DNA of 64,000 nt from Chrysomallon squamiferum. Its lineage: Eukaryota; Animalia; Mollusca. Position 1 is the first letter of the stretch; each line of letters opens with the position of its first letter. The notes below the pieces were generated by a model that was not told the DNA's origin, did not search any database, and saw only the letters and a program-made list of their open reading frames with translations. A program made the translations under genes and the position numbers. This document shows, piece after piece, positions 11,808 through 26,700 of this stretch. The stretch is from positions 8,866,001-8,930,000 of the forward strand of contig CM022679.1 of assembly GCA_012295275.1 (NCBI GenBank), read 5' to 3'.

Positions 11808-14800
11808 ACACACTCACACAAATGTGTATGTGTATGTATCTATATATATATATATATATATATACATATGTGTGTGTGTGTGTGTGTTTATGTGTGTGAT
11901 ACATACATATTCTGTTAGTTATTTTTTGTACAAGTATGTGTATTATGAATACATAATGATTTGTAATCAGGAATTTTATTAGTATCATTTTGTTGTTGAT
12001 AATTCATTATTTAATCTCCCATGGTGAAGATTGTGTATCTTATCTTGACATATATATATATATATATCATAAAGTCTGTATTACCTTGACATATGTATTG
12101 CTTTGTTTTGTTTTTATTGAAAATTTACTCTCACCAAATATACCCAGTATATGTAATTCTTAATTTTCAACAGGACCACCATCATTATAGTGTAACTGAA
12201 AATCAGCTACAACACATATTTCTGGAACTTCAGAATCATGTCATGATTTTTTGTGTTCATGTTGAAAATTAAGAATCTCAACAATAAATACATTTAAAAG
12301 GAAAAAATAATTATTTTCTCTTATTCTTTTTTACAGATCATTTCTATCATGCACAGATCAGATTTTAAATTTCATATCACAATGACCCTGTGTAAGTCAG
12401 TGTTATACAGAATTCATAAACAAAATTAGTTATTACATACATTCAAGTCAGACATTCCAGTTTCTGTTTAAACATCACAAATTGTTGGGTGATAAAACCA
12501 TGGTTTGTGAGATCAGTAATTAAAAAAGGTTAAAGTATTAATAACTTAGTCTGAGGAGGAACACATTATTATAGTAGTTTTTTTTTTAGTTAAACTGTTA
12601 ATTCTTTAGATGAGAAACCATACACACATTTCTTGATCACAGAACATCTAGCAGTTACAAAAACATTCTCACTACTTCAAAAAATTAAATTAATTTATGA
12701 CAAGTGGCAGTTAAACTCTAGACTCATCAAGGGTCAGATCTTAGAGTTTAGAAAGGGGTATCAACACACTGACATGCTAAATAACATAAAACGTAGGTTA
12801 ATTTATGCATTATTTCCATTATAATTTATATCACACGGATTCATCAGTTTACATCTTTAACATTTGGGGTGTTATATTGTTATTTTACAGTCTTGTGACA
12901 TTCGATATAATACATAATTCATGCAAAACGTATATGAATGCAGCAGTGTAATACTGTTTGTATGCGATATATATCAGGGATTGTTACAACTTATACTCCT
13001 ACCTCCCTGAACTGATCCTCTCCTAATGTTTAACTCTGCAGATAATAAAATTCACAAAAAGAACCGATTATTATTAAAAAAAAATATATATATATTTCTA
13101 GTTCTTTCAGTTAGACATTTATCTGATTGTAAGTGAAAGAAAAATTTCATAGTCAATTATAAACATTCATTTTCGGTGTGTCGTATTTTTAATTTAACTT
13201 TTCTATTGTTAATATATATTTTATATTTTTTATACATAATTAAGCTTTCATCCAGAAAACTAACAGAGGATCCAGACATTCCAGAAATGTTGTGGGTCAC
13301 CTCAAAGCATGGTGGATACATTTCTGGTGGCACAGGATAACCAGTCAGATGGTGAAAATTATCAAAACTCAGGTTTTCATGGAATAAGGTAAACCACATT
13401 CTACAGATCAGTGATATGTGATGCATGGAGGTGTAAAATAACATAAATTATAAATGAATCTTGGCAAAATAAGTGGAGAGTTCTAGTATAATTTTGTTAA
13501 TTAACTTTTTGACCAGTCACACAAAAACACAAACAACATGTTTTATTGACTGATTTCAGCAAAAAAACATGCATAGACATGAAAGTCGAGATGTTTTCAA
13601 AACTGTTTATGGTGATAAAAGAATTGATCTGTTGATGAACTGGACAGCATTAATAGACTGCAACTCAAAATTACATTGTGTGACATCTGACTGGTTATTC
13701 TATACCACCACACAAATGGTCTGGTATTTTTATAAAAAGCCTAAATTGAGAAATGTCCTTAGTAAAACCAAGCAACTGTTTTTAACTGAGAATTTGTAAC
13801 AGCTATCATTTTGTGTAATAGTGAATTAGTTTCTGAATTACAATTTAAAAAAAATTTATAATCCGCAAATCAAGAATACTAACATTTATGAGGGAAAAAA
13901 AAAATGATTCATGCTTTCCTACAAAAACTGTTTTTAATTTTTATCTGTGCCAATTGATTCAGTATAATATATATTTTTTTTATTTTTTTTATCTTCTACC
14001 TTTGATGTTTCTGAATGAACAAATAAATTCCTGGTTGACCCATTTTTCAAGAAAGTAATTTGCATTCCATTTGGATGGCCTATTTTTTCAGGCACAAACA
14101 CTGCATTCACATCATCTAAGTTTATTTCTTCTTTTGCTTTTAACTGCTGCAAGATAAAACAGTGAAATTAATTCTTCATAAATAATTCAGTAACATCAGA
14201 ATGCCTAAAGAAACAAAAAAAAAAAAAAAAAACAAAAAGATAAAATCCCCATGTATATAAACAGTCCTCCATCCCAAAAGAAAAATCAACATACAAAGTT
14301 AATATTTAATTTAAAAATACTTCTTCAGCTGTTAAATCTATTAACATTCCTATTATTACTAATAATTTGTTAGTACAAGAACTGTTGCTGTCATTGCCAC
14401 TACTACTACATCTGCTGTGTTCTCTAATAACAACAACAACAACAGTAACAATAATGACAACAACAGTAATTATATAAACCTTATCAAGAACAAGAACAAT
14501 AATAAGATAAAACAATGTAACAAAAATAAAAATATTTGTATAATGATTAATAAAAAAATATAATCAAATACCTGAAAGTTAAAACAAACAAACAAAAAAA
14601 ATAATAATAATAAATAAATAAATAAATAAAATAAAATAAAATAAAATAAAATAAAATAAAGGAAACCACATCAAATAAATCATTTTACTATAAAAAAATA
14701 AGTTCCAAATTTTAAAACTTAACCTTTGCTAACAATAAAATATGCAACAATATATCAGTATTACAACAAAACATGCATGTATAAAGGTGATAACAAATTA

Positions 14801-16248
14801 CATAATTAATAAAATACTCTATCTAAAACACACTTAGATCACTGACAAAATACTGGAATTTATAACTAGCTGTCTAAAACATTACTATCTGTCTAAAACA
14901 TTACTATCTCTGTCTAAAACATTACTAGTTCTGTCTAAAACAAACTTACATCAGTGACAAAATACTGGAATTTATTACTAGATGTCTAAAACATTACTAG
15001 CCCTGTCTAATATGTTACTAGTTCTGTCTAAAATGTTACTAGCTCTGTCTAAAATGTTACTAGTTCTGTCTAAAACATTACTAACCTAGTCTAAAACAAA
15101 CTTACATCAGTGACAAAATACTGGAATTTACTACTAGCTGTCTAAAACATTACTAGCTCTGTCTAAAATGTTACTAGCTCCGTCTAAAACAAACTTACAT
15201 CACTGACAAAATACTGGAATTTATAACTAGCTGTCTAAAACATTACTAGCTCTGTCTAAAACAATACTAGTTCTCACTAAAACAAACTTACATCAGTGAC
15301 AAAATACTGAAATTTATTACTAGCTGTCTAAAACATTACTAGTCCTGTCTAATATGTTACTAGTTCTGTCTAAAATGTTACTAGCTCTGTCTAAAATGTT
15401 ACTAGTTCTGTCTAAAACATTACTAGCCTAGTCTAAAACAAACTTACATCAGTGACAAAATACTGGAATTTACTACTAGCTGTCTAAAACATTACTAGCT
15501 CTGTCTAAAATGTTACTAGCTCTGTCTAAAACAAACTTAAAATGTTACTGGAATTTATAACTCTGTCTAAAACAATAAAACTAAAACAAACTTACATCAG
15601 TGACAAAATACTGGAGTTTATTACTAGCTGTCTAAAACATTACTAGCTCTGTCTAAAATGTTACTAGCTCTGCCTAAAACAAACTTACATCAGTGACAAA
15701 ATACTGGAATTTACTACTAGCTGTCTAAAATATTACTAGCTCTGTCTAAAATATTACTAGCTCTGTCTAAAACAAACTTACATCAGTGACAAAATACTGC
15801 AGTTTATTACTAGCTGTCTAAAACATTACTAGCTCTGTCTAAAATGTTACTAGCTCTGTCTAAACAAACTTACATCAGTGACAAAATACTGCAGTTTATT
15901 ACTAGCTGTCTAAAATATTACTCACTCTGTCTAAAATATTACTAGCTCTGTCTAAAACAAACTTACATCAATGACAAAATACTGCAGTTTATTACTAGCT
16001 GTCTAAAATATTACTAGCTCTGTCTAAAACAAACTTACATCAGTGACAAAATACTGCAGTTTATTACTAGCTCTGTCTAAAACAAACTTTCTAGGTTGAA
16101 ATGTTTTTTTGTCTCTGCCTAGTTTGAACAATATTCCCTCTTTCACAGAACAGTCGTAATTCTGTTTTTCTTGATCGATGAATTCCTTCCTCTCGTACTT
16201 TGCAAGAATCCATTCCCTTTTTAATACACTGGAAAAAATAAAATAAAA

Positions 16249-16291
<43 letters not shown>

Positions 16292-16303
16292 TAAAATAAA
16301 TAA

Positions 16304-16336
<33 letters not shown>

Positions 16337-17443
16337 TGAAATATATAACTTTGAACATGACATAGAAAATATTGTAAATCTAACAGTTTTCAAATTCATT
16401 ATTCTGTTTTGTCTGTTTAACACATACAAACACACACACACACACACACAGGCACACACAAATACACATACACACACAGACACACATACATACATACATA
16501 CTTACACACACACACACACACAGACATGCATACATACATACATACATACATACATACATACATACTCAAACACACACACCCACAGTCTAATTTAACAGCC
16601 ATCTTTTTCATTTCATTGCAGAAAGTTACTTTTTTCACATTTGGACAGAGTTCCTTAACAGTTAGCTCTAATAATCACATAGTGTAGAAATTCTCCAAAT
16701 CACAGAACCACTGAAGCTAGCACTCTACCAGTGAGCTACAGGATGACTTTACAGGTCTAAAATAAAATAATAACTTCACACAAATAGCCATTGGTGCTTA
16801 CTGAACATCATTCTCTGTTGGTCGTCTGTAAAATGGAGGTATACAGTTTTCATATGTTTCTTTAGCTTTATCATTTCCTAGAGTTCTCATTACCTGCAAA
16901 AGCAAAAATGACAAAAATTAAAACATTAACATGTGTATCATTAAGTCCAAATTACCTTAACATGTACATCATTAAGTCTATATTACTTTGATGTATATAT
17001 ATCATTAAGTCCAAATTACTGTGACATGTATATCATTAAATTCTATATTACCTTGATATATATATATCATTGAGTCCAAATTACTGTGACAAATATATTA
17101 TTAAGTCCACTTTACCTTAACATGTATATTATTAAGTCAAAATTTTTGTTACCAATAACTATCAGTATTAATATTTCGTAACTTAAGAATATCTCCTTTT
17201 ACTATAAAGTGTGAAGAAAAGAAAAGGAAATGAAAAAAAAAGAAAAAAGGATGTAGAAAAATTAAAGAAAAGAAAGAAAATAATAAGAAATGGTATAGAA
17301 AAAATGGATGAGAATTCCATTGGTTGCTAATCCTAGGTTTTAGATTTCAAAAAGAAATAAAATTAAAATTAAAAACTGTATAAGAATTTATCTCAACATG
17401 TTCACTGCCCATACCATACCATACCATCACACAATAATAATAA

Positions 17444-17499
<56 letters not shown>

Positions 17500-20400
17500 A
17501 TGATGATGATGATGATGATGATAATAATAAAAATAATAGTAAAAATAGTAATAATAATAATAATAGTCATGATGATAATAATAGTAATTGTAGTAATAAT
17601 AATGATGATGATGATTCTAGGGCATTTCCCCCTTGATATTTCCCCCCAGTCATTTCCCCTGGTGATTTCCCCCTAGGTCATAACAGTTCCCACCTGCCTA
17701 TGATGCCTGGATTAACTGGATATAAAAAGACATGAATATAAATTGTTTATTTGAAACACTTCATGTTGTGTGTAGTTACATAATGTTTTTGGACACATTT
17801 TACATGTGGAGGTTGTGAACAACACCAGGGAGGAAGTCCAGACAATCGCTGTTGCCGTAGTCTGTGACCAGAATCTGAAGCCACTGGGTGATGTAAAAAC
17901 AGTGCTGTGGTTGTTGTGGCTGGGCTTCTCCGGCCAGTATCTGGTGCAGAAACAGCCAGGCATTTGGATGATGACATCCTACACTTGCAGCCATCCCTCG
18001 ATGTTGTTGTTTGTGCAAGCTAGACCTGCTTCCACACACGCAACAACAATTCCACAAGACGTGAATAAAGGTGGGAGCTCTTCTGTTTCTGCAACCAGGC
18101 TGCCCATTTTAAAACTTTTAACTTTAACTTTGCACTGTCCACTGTTGTGTTTGCCCTTTTTGCATAATTCACACTCGTAAGACACTACACCATTTGCAAG
18201 ATCTTTTTGCTTAACACGTTTTTGCCTTGAGGAGAGGTAACAGTATCCATTATGGATGACAACATTTGCAAGTGCGCCAATGCAATTAAAATCAGGCTTT
18301 TGATCTTTCTTATGATGTTCTTTTTTTGTAAGATATGATTTGTTTGAGGATGAGGCCAATTCTAAATCAATTAACAAATCACTTTTTTCAATAGATAGCA
18401 CTCACAGAAGCTGAACAGCTAAAAGTGTCAGTGTTAGTGTTTTTTTATTCAGTTAATTAGAGGTTAAAGAGAATGATACTCTGACTTTAAGCCAGGATAT
18501 TTGACAGTAAAAGCAGGTAGGCAGGAGGGGGAAGTGTCAGGGGGGTGAAATGGCCTACGGGGGAATCACCATGGGCAAATGACTTGGGGAAAATATCCAG
18601 GGGGGGAGGCTACCCTGACACCGATAATGATGATGATAATAATAATAATAGTAGTAACAGTAATAAAGATGATGATGATGATGACGATGATGATAATAAA
18701 AATCAAAAAATGAAAATAATGATAAACAACAACATCCACCACAACAACTCACATCAACGTGTTCATTGTCCCAGTTGTCAAGTTTGATAGATTTAACTCT
18801 AAGTGACAGGTCTCTGTGTATTCCTGCGCAGTCGAGACACACAAACACCCCCAGAGTCAGACACGCCCATTGTGGATCTGAAAACACAGAGAACATTGGT
18901 CATCAACGAATATTCTATAGCAGATATAATATACATGACGTAGTACACACGTTTATATATTTCTTTACATAATTATATGCCATATATGTTGTGTAACATA
19001 CAACATGATACAATTCCTATTACAATTATATAAGTAAAAAAAAAAATCATATTACATTCAGTGTAATGCATTCTATATTACAATTATATGTAATGTATCT
19101 CCTATTACACAGAGTGTAATACATTTTCTGTCACAACTACATGTACTATATATGTTGTATTATACACACTGTAATATATTTTCTATTATATAAATGCATG
19201 TAATAAAACTCATATTACACACAAACACACTATAATACATTTTCTATTATGTGTAGTATATCTCATATTCCACATACAGGAATACATTTTCTTTTATTAT
19301 TACATGTATTATATACATCTTGTATGTTACTGTTACAATTATGTGTATATCATTCTTAAAGCTGGGTCGTTGAACTGCACAGAGCATGCAATGGGGGGGG
19401 GTAGTTTTTATTGAATCACAAGAGCCAGCAAACTGCAAATGCCAAACACTTTGCCCCCAAAAGGGTGCAAGTTCAACCCACTTGGTACATAATTTTGATA
19501 ATTCAAACATTTAACCTCATTCCATTCATAGTTATGTTTTATAAACAGCGTCCTTTAACAGACTTTCGAAGTGAAAAAAAATAAAAAATAAAAATATACA
19601 GGTGTGGCTTGCTCTGTTTGGATTTCAAAAGCAAAATTTTTTTTAAACATAAATATATCTTTATGGTTCTTATGAGTTTTATGACATGGAAAAATGCATT
19701 TTATTTATAACCATCAATGAACTTGATATATTTGTATTTTAGGAGAAGGTCGTGATGTTTGCTACGGCAACGCCCAGGCACTGGTGTGGTGAATGTGAAT
19801 AAAGATTGTAAACATGTTAAAAAATATTTGTAATTTTTGTCCTGCAATATAGGGACACTTTTACCTGGCCCTATAGGTGTCCCTACAAGACAGGTACCTC
19901 AGTACTTTATTTTTTATTTTATTTTTTAATAACTGTATCCTTGTTATTTAACATCTGAATGAATGAAAAAATTGGAAACTGTTAAGATAATTATGTTATA
20001 AAGTAATGATAGAAAACGATTCTTCTGTTAAACTTAGAAACTATATTTAAATGTCAAATCAAACAAATTATCCCAAAAAAACAACAAAAAAAAAAAAAAA
20101 AAAAGGAATCCAAAAAAAAAGGAGAAAAAAAGAGGAAAAACTGAAAATAGAAAAAGAAACTGAAAAATGATTTACTGCAGGCAACCCTTCATGCATCTCT
20201 TAAACAGGATTTATAACCTACTTGTATTTTAAGAATTTGTGCTATTTTTAGTAAATGATTTAGGGGTTTCTACAAACTAAAATTTATACAAATAATAAAA
20301 CCCTAATCCTTGGGAACACTCAATCTGTCTATCTTTTATTTTTATTTTTTTTTTTACCTTTTTCCTTCTTTCTTTTTTAACACATATATTTTAGTAATTA

Positions 20401-22405
20401 ACTTCAGACCCCATTAGAGTAAACCTTTATTCTTGTTGATAATAGCAAAGTCATTATATCTATTGAAAGATAATAGATATGGTTTGATACACCAATGATA
20501 AATGGTACAATTTAAAACAGTAATAATATCCTCTGAGCTATCAAGCAATTTTATTGGATGACCCATTTTTACTTTATAAAGGTATTGAATTACCTGAGAT
20601 ATACAACTTAAACATACAGATTTTTTTTTATATATATATATATATATATACACACCCATACACACATATCCTTCAAGTATAGTAGTTATAAACATTATTT
20701 CATGTGTCTATATATGTATATGTGTGTATACATATGTGTATATATAAATATGTATGTGTGTATGTATACAGGTGTGTGGATCTATCTATATGTGTAAATA
20801 TATATCTGTCTTTGCATGTACGGTACATGTGTGCATGTGTGTGTGTGTAAAGAGACACTCTGATTCTTGTTATGTATCATCCCATTTTATAACATCTTAT
20901 ATGTTCATACTTACATAATCACATATTAGAAAACTTATTTAGCTGTCTGAATTAGTTAAAATAATAACAATAACATAAAAATAACAAATATAGTAAATAT
21001 CATTAATAACAAAATATGAAAAAGATAAAAAGAATAAACAACAACAACAACAACAACAAACATTTTCACCTAATAAAAAATATATTTCAAGAAACACCAT
21101 CAAAATCCTTAACAAATTAAAATCGACAATAATGCTTCTCATTCTAAATATATATACATATAAAAAAATATATATCAAGAATTTTACAGCAGTGCCATAC
21201 TTATACTACAGGCTTTGTTTTGTACTAAATGAATGTAAATGCCAGAACAGTGGGCTGTCAGAAATGAAACTAATCTGCTACACAGTTTCTATGGTAATTA
21301 GTATTGTCCTGGTAAATGGTTAAACATTAATGGATTGTAGTCTTGGTGCTGGGAGATCAGGTGTCTCTGTTAAAATGTCAGTGATGATAACAGAATGATT
21401 AAGTTAGCCTCATTAAACCATTTTTGACTGAATGGAGGTGATTTTCGGTTTATCTCTGCTTGCAGAAGGTGAGCAAAAATAAACTGAACTAAAACTGAAT
21501 GAAATGGAGTAATATGATATGAAGTGAAAATGAACAGAATGAATAAAAAATGAGATGAAATTAAAAAGAAATTAAATTTAAGTTGTTTTTTTTAAATTTA
21601 GTTTGAAAAAGAAATAAAATAAACTGAAATAATAAAATAAAATAAAATAAAATAATAATTTTTTTATAGTTTGTAATATATTTTTAAATAAAGAAAGATT
21701 TTTTATGATATAAATTAAAATTAAATATAACTGAAAATTTTATTAAATTAATAATAATTACAAGTAAATAAATAAATAAATAAACCATCAAACAAACAAA
21801 GAATTGAAAGATTCATAAAAAAATACACAATATTAAACTAAAAACGTCAGTAATTAAAAACAAAATTGTTACTTTTAATATCCTATATTTACACACAAAC
21901 AAACACACACACACACTGTCAAAAACAGAATTGTTACTTTGAATATCCATGTGTATATATATATATACTGTGTGACCGTATCTATGTGTATATATATATA
22001 TATACATACACATAGATACACTCACACAGTTGTACACACACATACACACACACTCGAACACACACAGACACACACACACACACACACAGAATAAACATTG
22101 GTTCTAGACTAGTTTAAAAGTTCAAGTTTCTATTACATGTGTACTGAAACCAATCCCATGCACATCAGTGAAAATATTTCACTAAGATAACACAATGATT
22201 AATTACAATATCAATCCAACTGTTTGTCATTTTCTTGCTATTGACAGAGATCACGGTAAGGTGACATACAGTTGGTATGTGTGTATTAACTGTAAATAAT
22301 CAATATTGTTACTATCACCCCACCCAAATTAAATAAACAGTAACAGTGACTGTAGATACCAATGTTAAACAGATGTAAGGTAAATAAATGCAAATTGAAG
22401 AATCA

Positions 22406-22449
<44 letters not shown>

Positions 22450-22827
22450 TTAATATATATATTTATGTCCATAAATATTTATTCCCTTATAGTTCTTTGT
22501 TATGTTTTGTTGTTGTTGTTGTTGTTGTTTTGCTTTTCAAAATGATCATATTAAATTATAAATATCAATTACTCTAAGTAAATCTTTATCAGATTATGTT
22601 GTTGGGTTTTTTTTTAAATAATTTTTTAAATGAATTAATTAATGTTCCACAATTACTACACTGTTATTATTATCAGTATTATTTAAATTATAACAATAAA
22701 TATGAGTTACATTTTAAACAAATACTAAAAACAAATACTAAAAACAAACCCAATGTTTTCAGTGTGACAGTATTTATACAATCAGAGCACAATGTTGTAA
22801 CCAAACGCAGCTCATTAATCATTGTAG

Positions 22828-22899
<72 letters not shown>

Positions 22900-23563
22900 A
22901 AGAAGAGAATTCACAAGTTTAAAATTCAGGATTATGTAAAAAAAAAATATTAAAAAATAAAAATCAAACAAATAAAAACAAAATAATAATAAGAAGAAGA
23001 AGAAGAAGAAGAAGAAGAATAACAACAACAATAACAAATTAAACAAAATAAAAATTTATCAGATTTTATATTGGGTGGTTAAAAACAGTTTTATAGTCTA
23101 CATCTTAAAAGAAGTTATCAAAGAACAAAAAGCTAGAAATAATAATAATAAGAAGAAGAAGAAGAAGAAGAAGACTTAATAATAAAGAAATTAAAAATAC
23201 ACAAGAAATCCAGATTAATGTACTTTTAACTTGTTTACTAAGAACACCAGGAAGAAAGATAGATATTTACACTAATGATAAAATAATGTAAATCTGAGAC
23301 CAACGTGAATTCAAATTGAAGATTTATGTCTGATCTCTGTCAAAAAGTTTATATATTATACACAATGTAAACCAATATGTCTGTACCTTTAATATCATCT
23401 GTCAGTACTGCATAACAGAACAGTGTATTACTTGTTACAGTACTGTTAATACTAAGTTACTTGAGTAAGACAGAAATGTATTCATTTATTTTTTAAAATT
23501 ACACTGAAATGTCATAAATTCAATTAGTAAGAACATACGATAATAAGAATGTATTTATGCTTG

Positions 23564-23630
<67 letters not shown>

Positions 23631-23749
23631 GAATAGATGGATGTGTATATGCATGCATAGATATATGTGTATGTATGCATGTGTGTGTGTATCTGTGTAT
23701 GCATGTATTTATGTATCTATGTACGTCTGTCTATATATGTGTGTCTGTC

Positions 23750-23799
<50 letters not shown>

Positions 23800-26700
23800 T
23801 GTGTGTGTTGTCTTCTGAAAATTAAATTTAAAAGACAATATCTGGCAATGCTCTGGTACAGGAGGACAAAATCCAATCATGACCTTTTCAAACATCAGAT
23901 GCTGGTGAGACTGTGTCACCTACAGACCAAAGGGAGATGGTGACACGCACTGACTCACAAGACAAACCAGTACACGCTCTGTTTCTTGTTGTGAAAAAAC
24001 TGTTGTAGTAACAGTACAAACAAATTAACGTACATTTTGACACAGTTCGCCAAGATAGAGCAGAAGATTAAGATACAACAACGTTTTTCAGCCACGAAAG
24101 AGGAACTTCCTTTCAAATTGGTTTTGTGTAGTATTAAGAATATCATGTTTTTTGCAATAAATAAAAATAAAAATAAAAATAAAAATAAAAATAAAAATAA
24201 AAATAAAAATAAAAATAATAATAAATATAAAAATAAAGTAAAAAATAAAATAAAGAAAAATAAAATAAAAACATAAAAATAAAATAAAATAAAATAAAAT
24301 AAAATAAAATAGATGATTCAAAGCATGGACAGCCAGGATGTATTGTTATTATCAATCCTTACAAGAAACAAGTAACAATTAACACTATAAATAAATAAAC
24401 AAATTCCCCCAAAAAAATTTAATTTAATAAAAAAAACTACACATTTAAAAGAGTGTATAATAATCAGATAAAACAAATATTATTGGCCAAGAAACAGGAA
24501 CTTCCTTTCAAACTGATTTTGTAAGGTATAAAAAAAAAATTAACCCTTCATAAAAAATAAATAAATAAATAAATAAAAATAATAATAATAATAATAATTT
24601 TTTTTTTTTTTTTTTTTTTTGAAGATAAAATAAAATAATTTTAAAATGATACAAGTTTGATAGAATCCAGAACTGGAAATAAATTAAATTAATGCACTGC
24701 ATTTGGTATTTAAGTTACACTGGATTTATGTATGGTTATAAACACCATACATTTAATGGACAAAGCATGCAGAGAAAAGCCTGCAGCATGTAGTTACTAA
24801 AACCAAAAAAAAAAAAAAAAAATAAAATTATATTTTAACACATCATCATACACTCAACATTAAGTGGTATTTCCTATACAGAAGATTTACTAATTTGTTT
24901 GGTTTTTTTTTTTTTTGTCGATGACGTTTTACTATGTGTAACTTGAGAACAATAGACAGAAAACAATGTAACAGAGTAACACAAATTATTAAAGTATTAA
25001 TTTCAAAATAAAACTAATATATATATATATGTATTATTAATACCAATAAATTACTTAGATTAGAATTACTGCTACCATTGAAGTGTCTAAATAGAATAAT
25101 TTGTATTAACAAGTTTGTAAACTTATGGAACAAGATGATTTTGACACTCAAAGCCTTTTGTAAAACTCCATCCAGTTAAAGATAATTTGGCTTTTTCCAG
25201 TAATAATAATAATAATATTAATAATAATAATAATAACAATAATGATAATAATAATAACAAAAACAACAACAACAACAACAACATTAATAAATAAAATAAA
25301 ATAATAATAACAATAAAAAATATGAAATCATCTTTTCAAGATTCCAAATCAGTTTTTCAGAAAAAAAAGTTCAAAACAAATACATCTGCTTTAGGCACAA
25401 ACATTTTATTATTTTTTTTTTTCTTTTTTTTTTCAAATTTGTCATTTAGGTTGTATTTCATTTTATTCAAACAAACTGAATTAAAACTGAAATCCTACTC
25501 TGCTTGGTACATTATTAATTAAACAACAGTACTGTAGTCATACACACAGAAACAAACATATAAATTCTATCTTGTTAATTCAATAGTGATAAGAATATCA
25601 CAGAAACACAAGAGAAAAATAATAAAGTATTGATGCTCCCACCTAATGGATTTATGCATATTAAGCAAATAAAATTTAAAAAAAAAAACTGTAATAAAAT
25701 ATTCATGGGAATTATTGTAATTAATGTCAAAGATATTCCAACAGTATACTAATACAGAACTTTAAAAAAGATGAATATGTTTTAAAGATGAATATGTTTT
25801 AAAAATTATTTAAATAGTTGTACCTTCATAATCTGTTAAGAAAATAAGAATCTAATTAATATACTGCAGATGAAAACACAGTCAAGTCGTTGTTAATTCT
25901 AGCACACAGATAAAGGCAGATAAATGATTATAAGTATCCAGAGACAGACTTAGAACTGTGTGTTGTGTAAAAGAGGATGCTAAGGATCCTGGATATTAGA
26001 GGTTTTAAGCAAAACTCTTCAGTAAAAAAATAAAATATTAAAACTGAGAGTATCTCAGAAACTCCAACATTTGTTAACAGAGTTTTACACACGCAGACAA
26101 TTCCCCTCAAAAAATCACAGGAAAAAAAGTCACAGAAAAAACAAAACACAGGAAAAAAGTCACAATTTTTAATTAAGATTAAGAAGTATATTAGAAATGA
26201 AAGACAGATTAAACACATTTTGTCAGAGTTGTTTGTTAATGTTCTCTGATTTTAATGTTAGTGGTTTAGGCAGATGTTCCACCCAATACCACAAAGAAAT
26301 TCTGCCAATAAAAACTAGGTCTTTTGACACATTTCCACCACAACTTTGTTTTGTAACTTGCATCTTTTATATACATGAACCCCTCATAACAGATTTTGTT
26401 AACACCCTTATTGCTATGAATAACTTCCATATCAAACATACTTCTGATACTAGAGCAAGCTGGGACATTTTATAAATCATTTACAATGGGAAGCCTTTAG
26501 ATTAAATCTATCCTAATCAGTAAGCTAGACCTAATCCTGCCTCACTGATCCTAATTAATTAGTGTAACAAGTCACCACCCCTACACAATATGAAGCCCCT
26601 TTCTTAATCTTGCCTAATCAATAAGCTTAACAATTACCCCATGCATTCTATGATGCCACATTCAATACTCTACAAACCCATACATTTTGTGACTTTTTTC

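Noticed and set aside
5775-16090. Regular repeat arrays as CRISPR loci
   Set aside because: Units are contiguous tandem copies with no unique spacers, there are no cas genes, and the context is intron-rich eukaryotic DNA.
16701-16742. Functional tRNA gene
   Set aside because: Only an A-box-like 5' portion is present; no T-arm or acceptor stem pairing.
17979-18401. A domesticated FLYWCH zinc-finger host gene
   Set aside because: It lies between TIRs, has no ATG start, its homology is split across frames, and I found no splice structure.
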